From positions 1,056,001-1,120,000 of the forward strand of contig CAVPCT010000003.1 in assembly GCA_963702475.1 (NCBI GenBank): DNA of 64,000 nt, read 5' to 3'. Positions 33,510 through 46,733 of the stretch are shown here, piece after piece; positions within the stretch are counted from its first letter, which is position 1, and each line of letters starts with the position of its first letter. The position numbers were made by a program, and so were the translations under genes. Under the pieces are notes generated by a model that had not been told where the DNA came from, did not search any database, and worked only from the letters and a program-made list of their open reading frames with translations. The DNA comes from an uncultured Thermoleophilia bacterium. Lineage in GTDB: Bacteria > Actinomycetota > Thermoleophilia > UBA2241.

Positions 33510-34852
33510 CGATCCCGGACGGCATCTTCAAGGCGTACGACGTGCGTGGCCTGTACCCTCAGGAGATCGATGAGGCGGCGGCCGAGCGCATCGGGTTCGC
33601 CCTCGCGCAGCAACTGGGGGCCACCCGCCTGGGCGCGGGCATGGACCCGCGGCCTTCGTCGGCGAGCCTGCTCCAGGCCTTCGCCGCCGGTGCCGGCGCC
33701 GGCGGCGCGGCGACCGTCGACTTCGGGCTCGTGCCCACGGAGATGCTCTACTTCGGCGTCGCCTCTCGCGGACTCGACGGCGGGGCGATGGTGACGGCGT
33801 CGCACAACCCGCCGCAGTACAACGGCATGAAGCTCGTCGGTGAAGGCGCACTTCCGCTCAGCGGTGACGCCGGCATCCCTGAACTCAAGCAGCGCGCGCA
33901 GGCCGCCACGGAGCTGCCGGCATTCGCCGGCGGCGTGGAGGGGAGCGTCGACCTGTATCCGGACTACGTGCGTCACCTGCACGACCTCGTCGACCCGACC
34001 GGCTTTCGCCCGTACAAGGTCGTCATGGACGCGGCCAACGGCGTGGCCGGCAAGCTCGCCCCGCTGGTCTTCAAGGGCACGCCGCTCGCGTGCGTCGAGA
34101 TGTACTTCGAGGTGGACGGCACGTTCCCCAATCACGAGCCCAACCCGCTGCTCGAGGAGAACAGCCGCGAGATCCGCGAGCGCGTCGTCGCCGAGAAGGC
34201 CGACCTCGGCATCGCCTGGGACGGCGACGCCGACCGCTGCTTCTTCATCGACGAGGACGGCGAGTTCGTGCCCGGAGACTTCGTCACCGCGCTGCTCGCC
34301 GAGGCCCTGCTCATCAAGAACCCGGGTGCGAAGATCCTCTACGACCTGCGCGCCAGCCGCGCCGTGCCCGATGTGATCGAGACCAACGGCGGCGTGCCTC
34401 TGGTCAACCGCGTCGGGCACGCCTTCTTCAAGCAGCGCATGCGCCGCGAGGGCGGGCTGTTCGGCGGCGAGGTCTCCGGTCATTACTACTTCGCCGACAA
34501 CTACAACGCCGATTCGGGGTTCATCCCGGCGTTGCTGATCCTCGACCTGCTGTCCCGCAAGCAGGCGACCATGGCGGAACTGCTGGAGCCGCTGAGGACG
34601 AAGTACTTCATCAGCGGCGAGATCAACTCCACCGTCGCCGACGTGCCTGCCGCGTTCGCGCGCATCGAGGAGCGGTTCGCGGACGGCGAGATCACCAGGC
34701 TCGACGGCATCTCCGTCGACTACGCCGACTGGCACTTCAATGTGCGTGCGTCAAACACCGAGCCGCTCGTGCGTCTCAACCTGGGGGCCGATGCGCAGGC
34801 CCTCATGGAGGAGAAGCGCGACCTTGTGCTCGGCGTCCTCCGCGAAGGCTGA
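33506..34852 (+). CDS. Phosphomannomutase/phosphoglucomutase
   Basis: IFKAYDVRG, TASHNP, DGDADR, GEVSGH, RASNTEP. Confidence 0.95.
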   Translation: MTIPDGIFKAYDVRGLYPQEIDEAAAERIGFALAQQLGATRLGAGMDPRPSSASLLQAFAAGAGAGGAATVDFGLVPTEMLYFGVASRGLDGGAMVTASHNPPQYNGMKLVGEGALPLSGDAGIPELKQRAQAATELPAFAGGVEGSVDLYPDYVRHLHDLVDPTGFRPYKVVMDAANGVAGKLAPLVFKGTPLACVEMYFEVDGTFPNHEPNPLLEENSREIRERVVAEKADLGIAWDGDADRCFFIDEDGEFVPGDFVTALLAEALLIKNPGAKILYDLRASRAVPDVIETNGGVPLVNRVGHAFFKQRMRREGGLFGGEVSGHYYFADNYNADSGFIPALLILDLLSRKQATMAELLEPLRTKYFISGEINSTVADVPAAFARIEERFADGEITRLDGISVDYADWHFNVRASNTEPLVRLNLGADAQALMEEKRDLVLGVLREG

Positions 34853-34857
34853 GGCCG

Positions 34858-36048
34858 GTGGGCTGCGCGACCGTGGGTCCGAGCGGCGGTGACGCGGCAG
34901 CTCGCCCGTCAGGGGGAGGGCTGGACGATGCCCTGACGCCGCAGGGCGTGGCGCGCCTGGACGCCGGCGGCATGCTCGGCGCCATCGCCGAGCTCCCCCG
35001 CCAGCTCACGGCGAGCTTCGCGGTGGCGCGCGAGGAGCTCCGGAGAGCCGGTGGCGCCGCCGCGCCGGAGGACCGGCCCACCGGCGTGGTGCTCTGCGGC
35101 ATGGGCGGCTCTGCCATCGGCGCCGACCTCGTGCTGGCCTGCCTGCCGGAGCTGTCTGTGCCGGCTGTGGTGGTGCGTGGGTACCGCCTGCCCGCGTGGG
35201 CCGGACCGCGCACGCTCGTCCTCGCCGCCAGCTATTCGGGGCAGACCGAGGAGACGCTGGCCTGCGCCGGCGCGGCTCTGCAGCGCGGCTGCCGGCCGGT
35301 CTGCGTCGCTTCGGGCGGCGCTCTGGCGGAGCTGGCCGTGGCGCACGGCCTGCCGCTGGTCCGCGTGCCGGGCGGGGCGCAACCCCGCGCCGCCCTGGGT
35401 CACCTCTCGGCGCCGCTGCTCGCCGCCTTGGAGGCCGCCGGCCTGGCGGACGACGTGGCCCCCCAGGTGGACGAAGCGGCGGCCCTGCTGCGGGAGGGCA
35501 ACGGGCGCTTCGCGCCGGGCCGTCCCGCGGGTGACGGGCCCGGCGACAACCTCGCCAAGGCGCTGGCCCTGTGCTCCCATGGGCGGCAGATCGTCGTGTA
35601 CGGAGCGGGCCTCACGACGCCGGTCGCGCGGCGCTGGAAGGGGCAGGTCAACGAGAACGCGAAAGCTCCGGCCTTCTGGAACGAGCTGCCGGAGCTGGAC
35701 CACAACGAGCTCATGGGCTGGACCAGCCTGCCGGAGGTGGCGGCATCGACCCTGGCGGTGTTTCTCGACGATCCGCAGGCCGATCCCCGCCTGGCGCGGC
35801 GCGCCGATCTCACGGCCGCCGAGCTCGAGGCGAGGGGCCTCGCCGTGGAGCGCCTCACGGCACACGGCGCGTCCCCGCTGGCGCGGCTGTCCTCCCTGGT
35901 CCAGCTGGGCGACTACGCGTCGTTCTACCTGGCGCTGCTGTACGGCGTGGACCCGACACCGGTCCAGGCCATCCAGGACCTCAAGGCCAGATTGAGCGAC
36001 GGAAGCGGGCTCAACGAGGGGTGGGCCGAAAGGGGCACCCCCCAATGA
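34858..36048 (+). CDS. Bifunctional phosphoglucose/phosphomannose isomerase
   Basis: GMGGSAIG, SYSGQTEET, QPRAA, RWKGQVNENAK, PELDHNE; start approximate; last 17 codons lie inside a repeat unit. Confidence 0.92.
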   Translation: MGCATVGPSGGDAAARPSGGGLDDALTPQGVARLDAGGMLGAIAELPRQLTASFAVAREELRRAGGAAAPEDRPTGVVLCGMGGSAIGADLVLACLPELSVPAVVVRGYRLPAWAGPRTLVLAASYSGQTEETLACAGAALQRGCRPVCVASGGALAELAVAHGLPLVRVPGGAQPRAALGHLSAPLLAALEAAGLADDVAPQVDEAAALLREGNGRFAPGRPAGDGPGDNLAKALALCSHGRQIVVYGAGLTTPVARRWKGQVNENAKAPAFWNELPELDHNELMGWTSLPEVAASTLAVFLDDPQADPRLARRADLTAAELEARGLAVERLTAHGASPLARLSSLVQLGDYASFYLALLYGVDPTPVQAIQDLKARLSDGSGLNEGWAERGTPQ

Positions 36049-36149
36049 GCTACGAAGCGGGCTCAACATGGGGTGCACCGAAGAGGCACCCCACACGGCA
36101 CGACGGAAGTGGACGCAACGAGGGGTGAACCGGCAGGCGCACACCTCAT
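35993..36149 (+). repeat. Three tandem copies of a ~52-nt hairpin repeat (family A)
   Basis: Units at 35993, 36046 and ~36097 share ACGGAAGCGGGCTCAACGAGGGGTG..CCGAA.GGGCACCCC. Confidence 0.85.
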
Positions 36150-36169
36150 CGGCCGGCTCGGCCTGAGCC

Positions 36170-36784
36170 GTGCCCTCGCGGGACATCGCCGTCGCGCTCT
36201 GCGCAGAAGGACCGGTGCTCGCAGCCGTCTGCGGCCGGCTGTACCCGGCAGCTCCGTGCCGGCTCCTGACGCGTGAGGGGCTCCGTCCGCGGACCCCGTT
36301 CGCCGGCCCGCTGTTCGAGCTTCTCGCCGGCGTGCGCCGCGGGTCCTGCGTGGGCCTGGTCGTGCCCGCGCGGCGGGTGACGCGTTCGGCCGCTGCGGGC
36401 GCGCGAGGTCCTTCGGAGGCGCCCGCCCCCTCGCCGCCGGACGCGCTCCTGCCCGTGGCCGACCACGTGAACCTGGAGCTGCGCGGCCCGCTCACCGGCC
36501 GCTGGCCGGCCGGCGTGCCGCGCGACTTCCCCCAGGTGGCCGGCATATATCAACCCGCGGTCGTTCGTGCCTCCGGCGGGGCTCGGGTATACTCGTCCGG
36601 CGTGGTGGTGGCGGGTGTCGCCGACGCCCGGCGGCTCACGCCGTTCGAGGCTCAGGCAGTCGCCGAGCTTGGCGTCATCGCCGTCTCCGACGTGCTCGTC
36701 CCGGCCGCCATCGTGGCCGCATACTACGGTCTCACGCTCGCCGCCTGCGCTGTCCCGCAGGCGGACGGCAACGACGAACAGTGA
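36170..36784 (+). CDS. Degenerate purine nucleoside phosphorylase-like protein (pseudoenzyme or decaying gene)
   Basis: DHVNL..GPLTG, FPQVAGIY, LTPFE, LGVIAVSDVLVPAAIVAAYYG follow the PNP motifs DHINL..NPL.G / FPDM..AY / ETPAE / LGADAVGMSTVPEVIVA. Confidence 0.6.
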   Translation: MPSRDIAVALCAEGPVLAAVCGRLYPAAPCRLLTREGLRPRTPFAGPLFELLAGVRRGSCVGLVVPARRVTRSAAAGARGPSEAPAPSPPDALLPVADHVNLELRGPLTGRWPAGVPRDFPQVAGIYQPAVVRASGGARVYSSGVVVAGVADARRLTPFEAQAVAELGVIAVSDVLVPAAIVAAYYGLTLAACAVPQADGNDEQ

Positions 36785-39218
<2,434 letters not shown>

Positions 39219-39222
<4 letters not shown>

Positions 39223-40418
39223 GCCGGCTCACGGATCCGTCCGGCGGCAGTCCGCCCAGCAGCGGCCCGCCCAGCAACGGCCCGCCCTGTAGGGCCATGA
39301 TCATGGCCGCGGGGCTGGGCACGAGGCTGTACCCGCTCACGGGGCTCACGGCCAAGCCCATGGTCCCCATCCTCAACCGGCCCGTCATGCAGCACATGCT
39401 GCACCTGCTGCAGAAGCACGGCATCCGCGACGTAGCCGCCAATCTCCACTACCACCCGGACAAGATCCGCGCGTACTTCGGTGACGGCTCGGCCTTCGGC
39501 GTGCGCCTGCACTACAACCTCGAGGACGAGCTTCTCGGCACGGCCGGCGGGGTCGGGGCCTTCCGTGACCTGCTCGGCGAGGGCACGTTCCTGGTGGTCA
39601 GCGGCGACGGCCTCACCGACGTCGACGTCACCGCGTTCCTGCAGGCGCACCGCCGCAACGGTGGCGTCGCCACGATGGCCGTCAAGCGTGTGGCCGACCC
39701 TTCGCTATACGGGGTGGTGGTCACCGATGCCACCGGCAGAGTGACCGGCTTCCAGGAGAAGCCGCCTCTCGACGAGGCAAGGTCCGACCTCTGCAACACC
39801 GGCATCTACGCGTTCGAACCGCGCATCTTCGAGTTCGTCGCGCAGGGACGGTTCGTCGATTGGGCCAGGGACGTCTTCCCGGCGCTTCTCGCCGACGACG
39901 TGCCGTTCCACACCTGGACGCTCGAGAGCTACTGGAACGACGTCGGCAACATCGAGCAGTACCGGCTCAGCAACTTCGACGCCCTGCTGGGGCACGTGGA
40001 CGTGCAGATTCCCGGGCGTCTCATCGCCCCGCAGGTGTGGGTCGGCGACGGCTCCGAGATCGAGAACGGCGCGCGCCTCAAGGCGCCGGTGCTCATCGGC
40101 GCCGGATGTCTCGTCGAGAGCGGCGCCGAGCTCATCGGGCCGCTCATCATCGGCGACGGGTGCGTCATCGAGCGCGGCGCCGTCCTCGAAGGCGTCATCA
40201 ACTGGGACGGCGTCAAGGCCGGGCGCAACGCCCACGTGGCCGGCAGCATCGTGGGCCGCAATGTGATCGTGCACCACGAGGCCGTGGTACGCGAAGACAC
40301 CGTCATCGGCGATCGCAGCCAGATCGGCGCGCACGCGACGCTGCTGCCGGGCACGCGGCTGGAGCCGCGTTCGCACCTCACCCAGAGCGACCCGCCCCGG
40401 ACGAGCGGCGCCTCCTGA
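39219..40418 (+). CDS. Second NDP-sugar synthase (mannose-1-phosphate guanylyltransferase-like)
   Basis: AAGLGTRLYPLT..KPM, LGTAGG, SGDG, FQEKP, YWNDVG, hexapeptide repeats. Confidence 0.9.
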
Positions 40419-40431
40419 GCCGGGGCCGTCG

Positions 40432-41304
40432 ATGACCGCGAGCGGCATCGTCGACGGCCTGGTTGACCTTCTTCTGCCGCGCCGCTGTGTGGCGTGTGGC
40501 GTGGCGGGCGCCTGGCTCTGCGCCGAGTGCGCCGGCGCCCTCCGCCCTCTCCCGTCGCGGCGCTGCCCGCGCTGCGGCGCGCCGGGGCCGTGGTCGGCGC
40601 CGGCGCCTGGGGCGGGTCGGCGCACGGCTGCCGACTCCTCGTCCGCCTCAGGCCTCGGCGGCCCGGAACCGGCCGCCGGTGCCGGCCCGCGGCGCCTCGC
40701 CCTGCGAACCGGCGGCCGGCGCTGCCCCGAGTGCGGCGGACGCGACCTCGCCTTCGTGTCCGCCTCCGCCGCATTCACCTATGAAGGGCCGGCGCGGGCT
40801 CTCGTCACGGCCTGCAAGTTCCGCGCCTTGCGGTCGCTCACGCAGGACATGGTGGACCGCGCCGCCCCCGCCTTCGCCGCGGCGGCGCAGGACGCCTTCG
40901 TCACCTGGGTGCCCGGGCACCGGGACCATCAGCTGGAGCGCGGCTTCAACCAGGCCGAGCGTCTTGCACGCGGGTTTGCGCGGACGGCTGGGCTCCCCTA
41001 TGCTCCCTTGCTCCGCCGCACGCGTCACGGGGCCCGCCAGAGTGGCCTCTCCCGCGCCGCGCGGGCGGCCAATGTGAAAAGCGCGTTCGCGTTGCTGGAG
41101 GGTACAAAGGGGGTACAGAGAAAGCTCAAGCGAGTGGTGGTCGTTGACGACGTATACACCACAGGTGAGACGTTGGATCAGTGTGCACAAGTGCTCGCTC
41201 AAGCCGGTCTGGAGCCCCGTGTCTTCACGTTCGCACGTACCGTGCGAGCGACCCCTTCCCAAGCATCGCTAGACCATGCCGTCCAGAAGGAGCGATGTCC
41301 ATGA
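40432..41304 (+). CDS. comF: ComF-family protein (double zinc ribbon + PRTase domain)
   Basis: Four CxxC motifs, ERGFNQA, VVDDVYTTGET. Confidence 0.88.
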   Translation: MTASGIVDGLVDLLLPRRCVACGVAGAWLCAECAGALRPLPSRRCPRCGAPGPWSAPAPGAGRRTAADSSSASGLGGPEPAAGAGPRRLALRTGGRRCPECGGRDLAFVSASAAFTYEGPARALVTACKFRALRSLTQDMVDRAAPAFAAAAQDAFVTWVPGHRDHQLERGFNQAERLARGFARTAGLPYAPLLRRTRHGARQSGLSRAARAANVKSAFALLEGTKGVQRKLKRVVVVDDVYTTGETLDQCAQVLAQAGLEPRVFTFARTVRATPSQASLDHAVQKERCP

Positions 41305-41915
41305 AAACGCAGATCAAGGGCCGCAATGTCACCGTCACCGACGCCCTGCAGGACTACGCCAACGAGAAGATCGAGCACGTCCACAAGCTCCTGCAGCAGC
41401 GCAAGATAGACGAAGTGACACGGGTAGAGCTCGAGCTCCTGGTGGAGAAGAACCCGAGCATCCCCGAGCCCTGTGTTGCCGAGGCGACCGTCTTCACGCG
41501 CGGGCCCGTGATCCGCGCGCGCGAGTCGTCCACCGACATGTACGCGGCCATCGATCTGGTCACCGACAAGCTGCAGCGCCGCGTGAAGAAGTACCACGAC
41601 AAGGCGCACGGAAAGACCCGCCACGGCCACGACAAACCCGTGGTGCGCGAGGAGCAGGTCGAGCAGCTGGCGCCGGTGGCAGCGGCCGCCGCGATCGGAG
41701 AAGAGCTCGGCGCCGAGTCGGGTGGGGACAACGGGCGCATCGTCAAGACCAAGCAGTTCGCGCTCAAGCCCATGTCGGTCGACGAGGCGACGCTGCAGCT
41801 CGAGCTGGTGGGTCACGATTTCTTCGTGTTCACCAACGCCGAGTCCAACCGCACCAACGTGGTGTACCGGCGCAACGACGGGCACTACGGACTCATCGAG
41901 CCGGTCGAGAATTAA
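41301..41915 (+). CDS. hpf: Ribosome hibernation promoting factor (long form)
   Basis: IKGRNV.VTDAL, DMYAAID, KPMSVDEA..ELVGHDFFVF, YRRNDGHYGLIE. Confidence 0.95.
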   Translation: MKTQIKGRNVTVTDALQDYANEKIEHVHKLLQQRKIDEVTRVELELLVEKNPSIPEPCVAEATVFTRGPVIRARESSTDMYAAIDLVTDKLQRRVKKYHDKAHGKTRHGHDKPVVREEQVEQLAPVAAAAAIGEELGAESGGDNGRIVKTKQFALKPMSVDEATLQLELVGHDFFVFTNAESNRTNVVYRRNDGHYGLIEPVEN

Positions 41916-42015
41916 TGACGGAAGAGGATCAATCGAGCGGTGCGCCGCAAGGGGCACCCCTCAGTTGGCGAGGGAACCGGGCTGATCGAGGGGTGCACCG
42001 AAGGGGCACCGCTCA
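41913..42015 (+). repeat. Two tandem copies of repeat family A
   Basis: GACGGAAGAGGATCAATCGAGCGGTGCGCCGCAAGGGGCACCCCTCA and GAGGGAACCGGGCTGATCGAGGGGTGCACCGAAGGGGCACCGCTCA. Confidence 0.82.
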
Positions 42016-42184
42016 CCGAGGCGTCGGCGTCCCTCGCCGGCGAAGCGCACGTCGCAGCTGGACGGGGCCGCGCCCGAGGCGGCTCGTGCGTGCCGCGCGC
42101 TCGCGTGTGGCACAATGAGGAGGTGAGGTCGCGGCCTCCGGCCGCGGCCGCACCCAGACAAGCGACTTCGGGAGTGTCGTCTCC

Positions 42185-44834
<2,650 letters not shown>

Positions 44835-44836
<2 letters not shown>

Positions 44837-44985
44837 GCGGCTTCGCCGCTCCTGACGTCCACGGCCACTCGTCCGCTGCGTAGCGCATCGTCACGGAGCG
44901 TGACCGGCTTCGCCGGTTGCCCTCGGTGACCACTCGTCGGCTGCGTCGCGAATCGTCACGGCGCGTGTGAGCCGACTGCGTCGGC
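44835..44985. repeat. Two 38-nt direct repeats (period 65 nt) alternating with three short hairpins (family B)
   Basis: CCACTCGTC.GCTGCGT.GCG.ATCGTCACGG.GCGTG at 44865 and 44930; hairpins at 44835-44851, 44903-44917 and 44971-44985. Confidence 0.8.
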
Positions 44986-44999
44986 CTGCCGGCGCGTCG

Positions 45000-45272
45000 A
45001 GACGTCCGGTCTCGAGCAGTCTGATGGACTCGTCGGCGGGCGCGGCCCGGCGGAACACGAAGCCCGGGAGACCGTCGGAGGATTCCGCGCGGCAAGCCGC
45101 GCTCCGCCTGCGTCTCCACGCCCTCCGCTACTACAGTGAGGCCCAGGCGACGGCCGAGGGCGCTCATGGAGGCGGCGACCGCCGCATGCTCTGGCACGCC
45201 GGACGAGTCGTGCACGAAGGAGCGGTCGGTCTTCGCGGTGACGACAGGCAGGCGCTCCAGGTGGCTCAGAGA
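45000..45272 (-). pseudogene. C-terminal remnant of an EAL (c-di-GMP phosphodiesterase) domain
   Basis: SLSHLERLPV..KTDRSFV..LGLTVVAEGVET, then frameshifted DGLPGFVFRRAAPADE; no N-terminal part. Confidence 0.75.
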
Positions 45273-45294
45273 CGGGCTCTCCGAACTGCGTTGT

Positions 45295-45324
45295 TTGACA
45301 ATACTGTGAGTCACACAGTATAGT
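45295..45324 (+). promoter_or_regulatory. Sigma70-type promoter with palindromic operator in the spacer (probable PadR site)
   Basis: TTGACA-18nt-TATAGT; inverted repeat ATACTGTG-N5-CACAGTAT at 45301-45321; ATG 7 nt after the -10 box. Confidence 0.8.
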
Positions 45325-45331
45325 GTGAAAC

Positions 45332-45676
45332 ATGCACGAGAACGACGCTATCGTGACCGGTCACCTGCAGGAGATCAGAAGAGGCTCCGTGGTCATCGCG
45401 AGCCTGGCCGCGCTGCGCCGTCCGCAGTACGGCTATTCGCTGCTGCGGATTCTCGAGCGGGCCGGAATCGAGGTGGACGGCAACACCCTGTACCCGCTCC
45501 TGCGTCGTCTCGAGAAGCAGGGGCTCCTCACGAGCGCCTGGAACACCGACGATCCCCGCCCCCGCAAGTTCTACTGCACCAGCCCGCTCGGTCGGCAGGT
45601 CCTCGAGGTCCTCGCCGCCGAATGGTCGCAGCTCGGACGCGATCTGCAACGACTCCTCCAAGAGGAGGAACGATGA
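45332..45676 (+). CDS. PadR-family transcriptional regulator
   Basis: EIRRG, YGY, NTLYPLLRRLEKQG, RPRKFY. Confidence 0.93.
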   Translation: MHENDAIVTGHLQEIRRGSVVIASLAALRRPQYGYSLLRILERAGIEVDGNTLYPLLRRLEKQGLLTSAWNTDDPRPRKFYCTSPLGRQVLEVLAAEWSQLGRDLQRLLQEEER

Positions 45677-46668
45677 ACGACATGGTCGACAGGTACGTGT
45701 GGGCGGTCGCGCGCGACCTGCCCAAGTCCATGCGCGACGACGTCGCCCGCGAGGTGCGCGCCACCATCGAGGACATGCTGGAGGCGCGCGGCTCGAGCGG
45801 CGACGAGACGGTCCGCGACGTGCTGCTGGAGCTGGGCGATCCCGCGGAGCTGGCGGCTGGCTACGCCGGGACGAAGCGGTACCTCATCGGGCCGGCGCTG
45901 TACCCCGCCTTCGTCAAGCTCCTGCGCACCGTGCTGCTGGTGGCCCTGCCCATCGTGGCCGCCGCGACACTGGCGGGCGGGTTGCTGTCGCGGGACGCGG
46001 GCGTCTGGGCCTCCATGCTCAGCGCCCTCAACGCCGCGTTCATGACGGGCGTCATGATCGCCTTCTGGGTGACGCTGGTCTTCTTCTTCATCGAACGTTC
46101 CGGTAAGGCCGGGTCGCAGTCGCAGCGCGCGAAAGGGGACTGGCGCCCCGAGTCGCTGCCCCAGGTGGCGGAGCCACGGACCATCTCGCTCGCGGAGACG
46201 GCGCTCTCCCTGGTCGCGCTGACGCTCCTCGTTGCGTGGATCCCCTGGCAGAGGACGCACTCCGTGATCCACACCGACGGGGTACCGGTGCCGTTCCTCT
46301 CGGACTACCTGTGGGAGGCGTGGATCCCGGTCTTCATCGCGATCGTCGCGGTGAGCATGGGCATCGAGGTGTGGAAGTCCGTCTCTGGACGGTGGACGCG
46401 GCCGCTCGTGATCGCCAACATCGTCGCGGACGTGGTCTTCGCGGCGTTCGTCGCGGTGCTCCTGGGGACGCAGCAGGTCGTAGGCCCTGAGTTCCTCGCT
46501 GCCTTCGAGGCGCGTACCGGCCTGGCCTTCCCCGGCGAGGTGTTGGGCACGGTCGTGCTCCTGGTCGTGCTGGGGATCTGCGCCTGGGACAGCATCGAGT
46601 GCGTGCTGAAGTACGTGCGGTCCGGGCGGGCGCGCGCAACAGGGCGTTTCGTGGCCGGCGTGATCTGA
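45673..46668 (+). CDS. PadR-associated membrane protein (HAAS/DUF1700-like N-terminus)
   Basis: DRYVWAV..DVAREV..IEDML..LLELGDPAELA, followed by several TM helices; ATGA overlap with padR. Confidence 0.8.
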   Translation: MNDMVDRYVWAVARDLPKSMRDDVAREVRATIEDMLEARGSSGDETVRDVLLELGDPAELAAGYAGTKRYLIGPALYPAFVKLLRTVLLVALPIVAAATLAGGLLSRDAGVWASMLSALNAAFMTGVMIAFWVTLVFFFIERSGKAGSQSQRAKGDWRPESLPQVAEPRTISLAETALSLVALTLLVAWIPWQRTHSVIHTDGVPVPFLSDYLWEAWIPVFIAIVAVSMGIEVWKSVSGRWTRPLVIANIVADVVFAAFVAVLLGTQQVVGPEFLAAFEARTGLAFPGEVLGTVVLLVVLGICAWDSIECVLKYVRSGRARATGRFVAGVI

Positions 46669-46733
46669 GCGCGCCGGGTCTGCGCGGTGTGCGGTCGCTG
46701 GCGGCGGCGGATTTCGGGTACACTACCTCGGTC

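Noticed and set aside
35993-36149. Repeat family A as a CRISPR array
   Set aside because: Units abut with no unique spacers, are degenerate and dispersed, and there are no cas genes in the window.
41981-42015. CTGATCGAG plus stem resembling a hammerhead ribozyme core
   Set aside because: Does not match CUGANGA, lacks the downstream GAAA, and other copies of the repeat do not keep CTGA.
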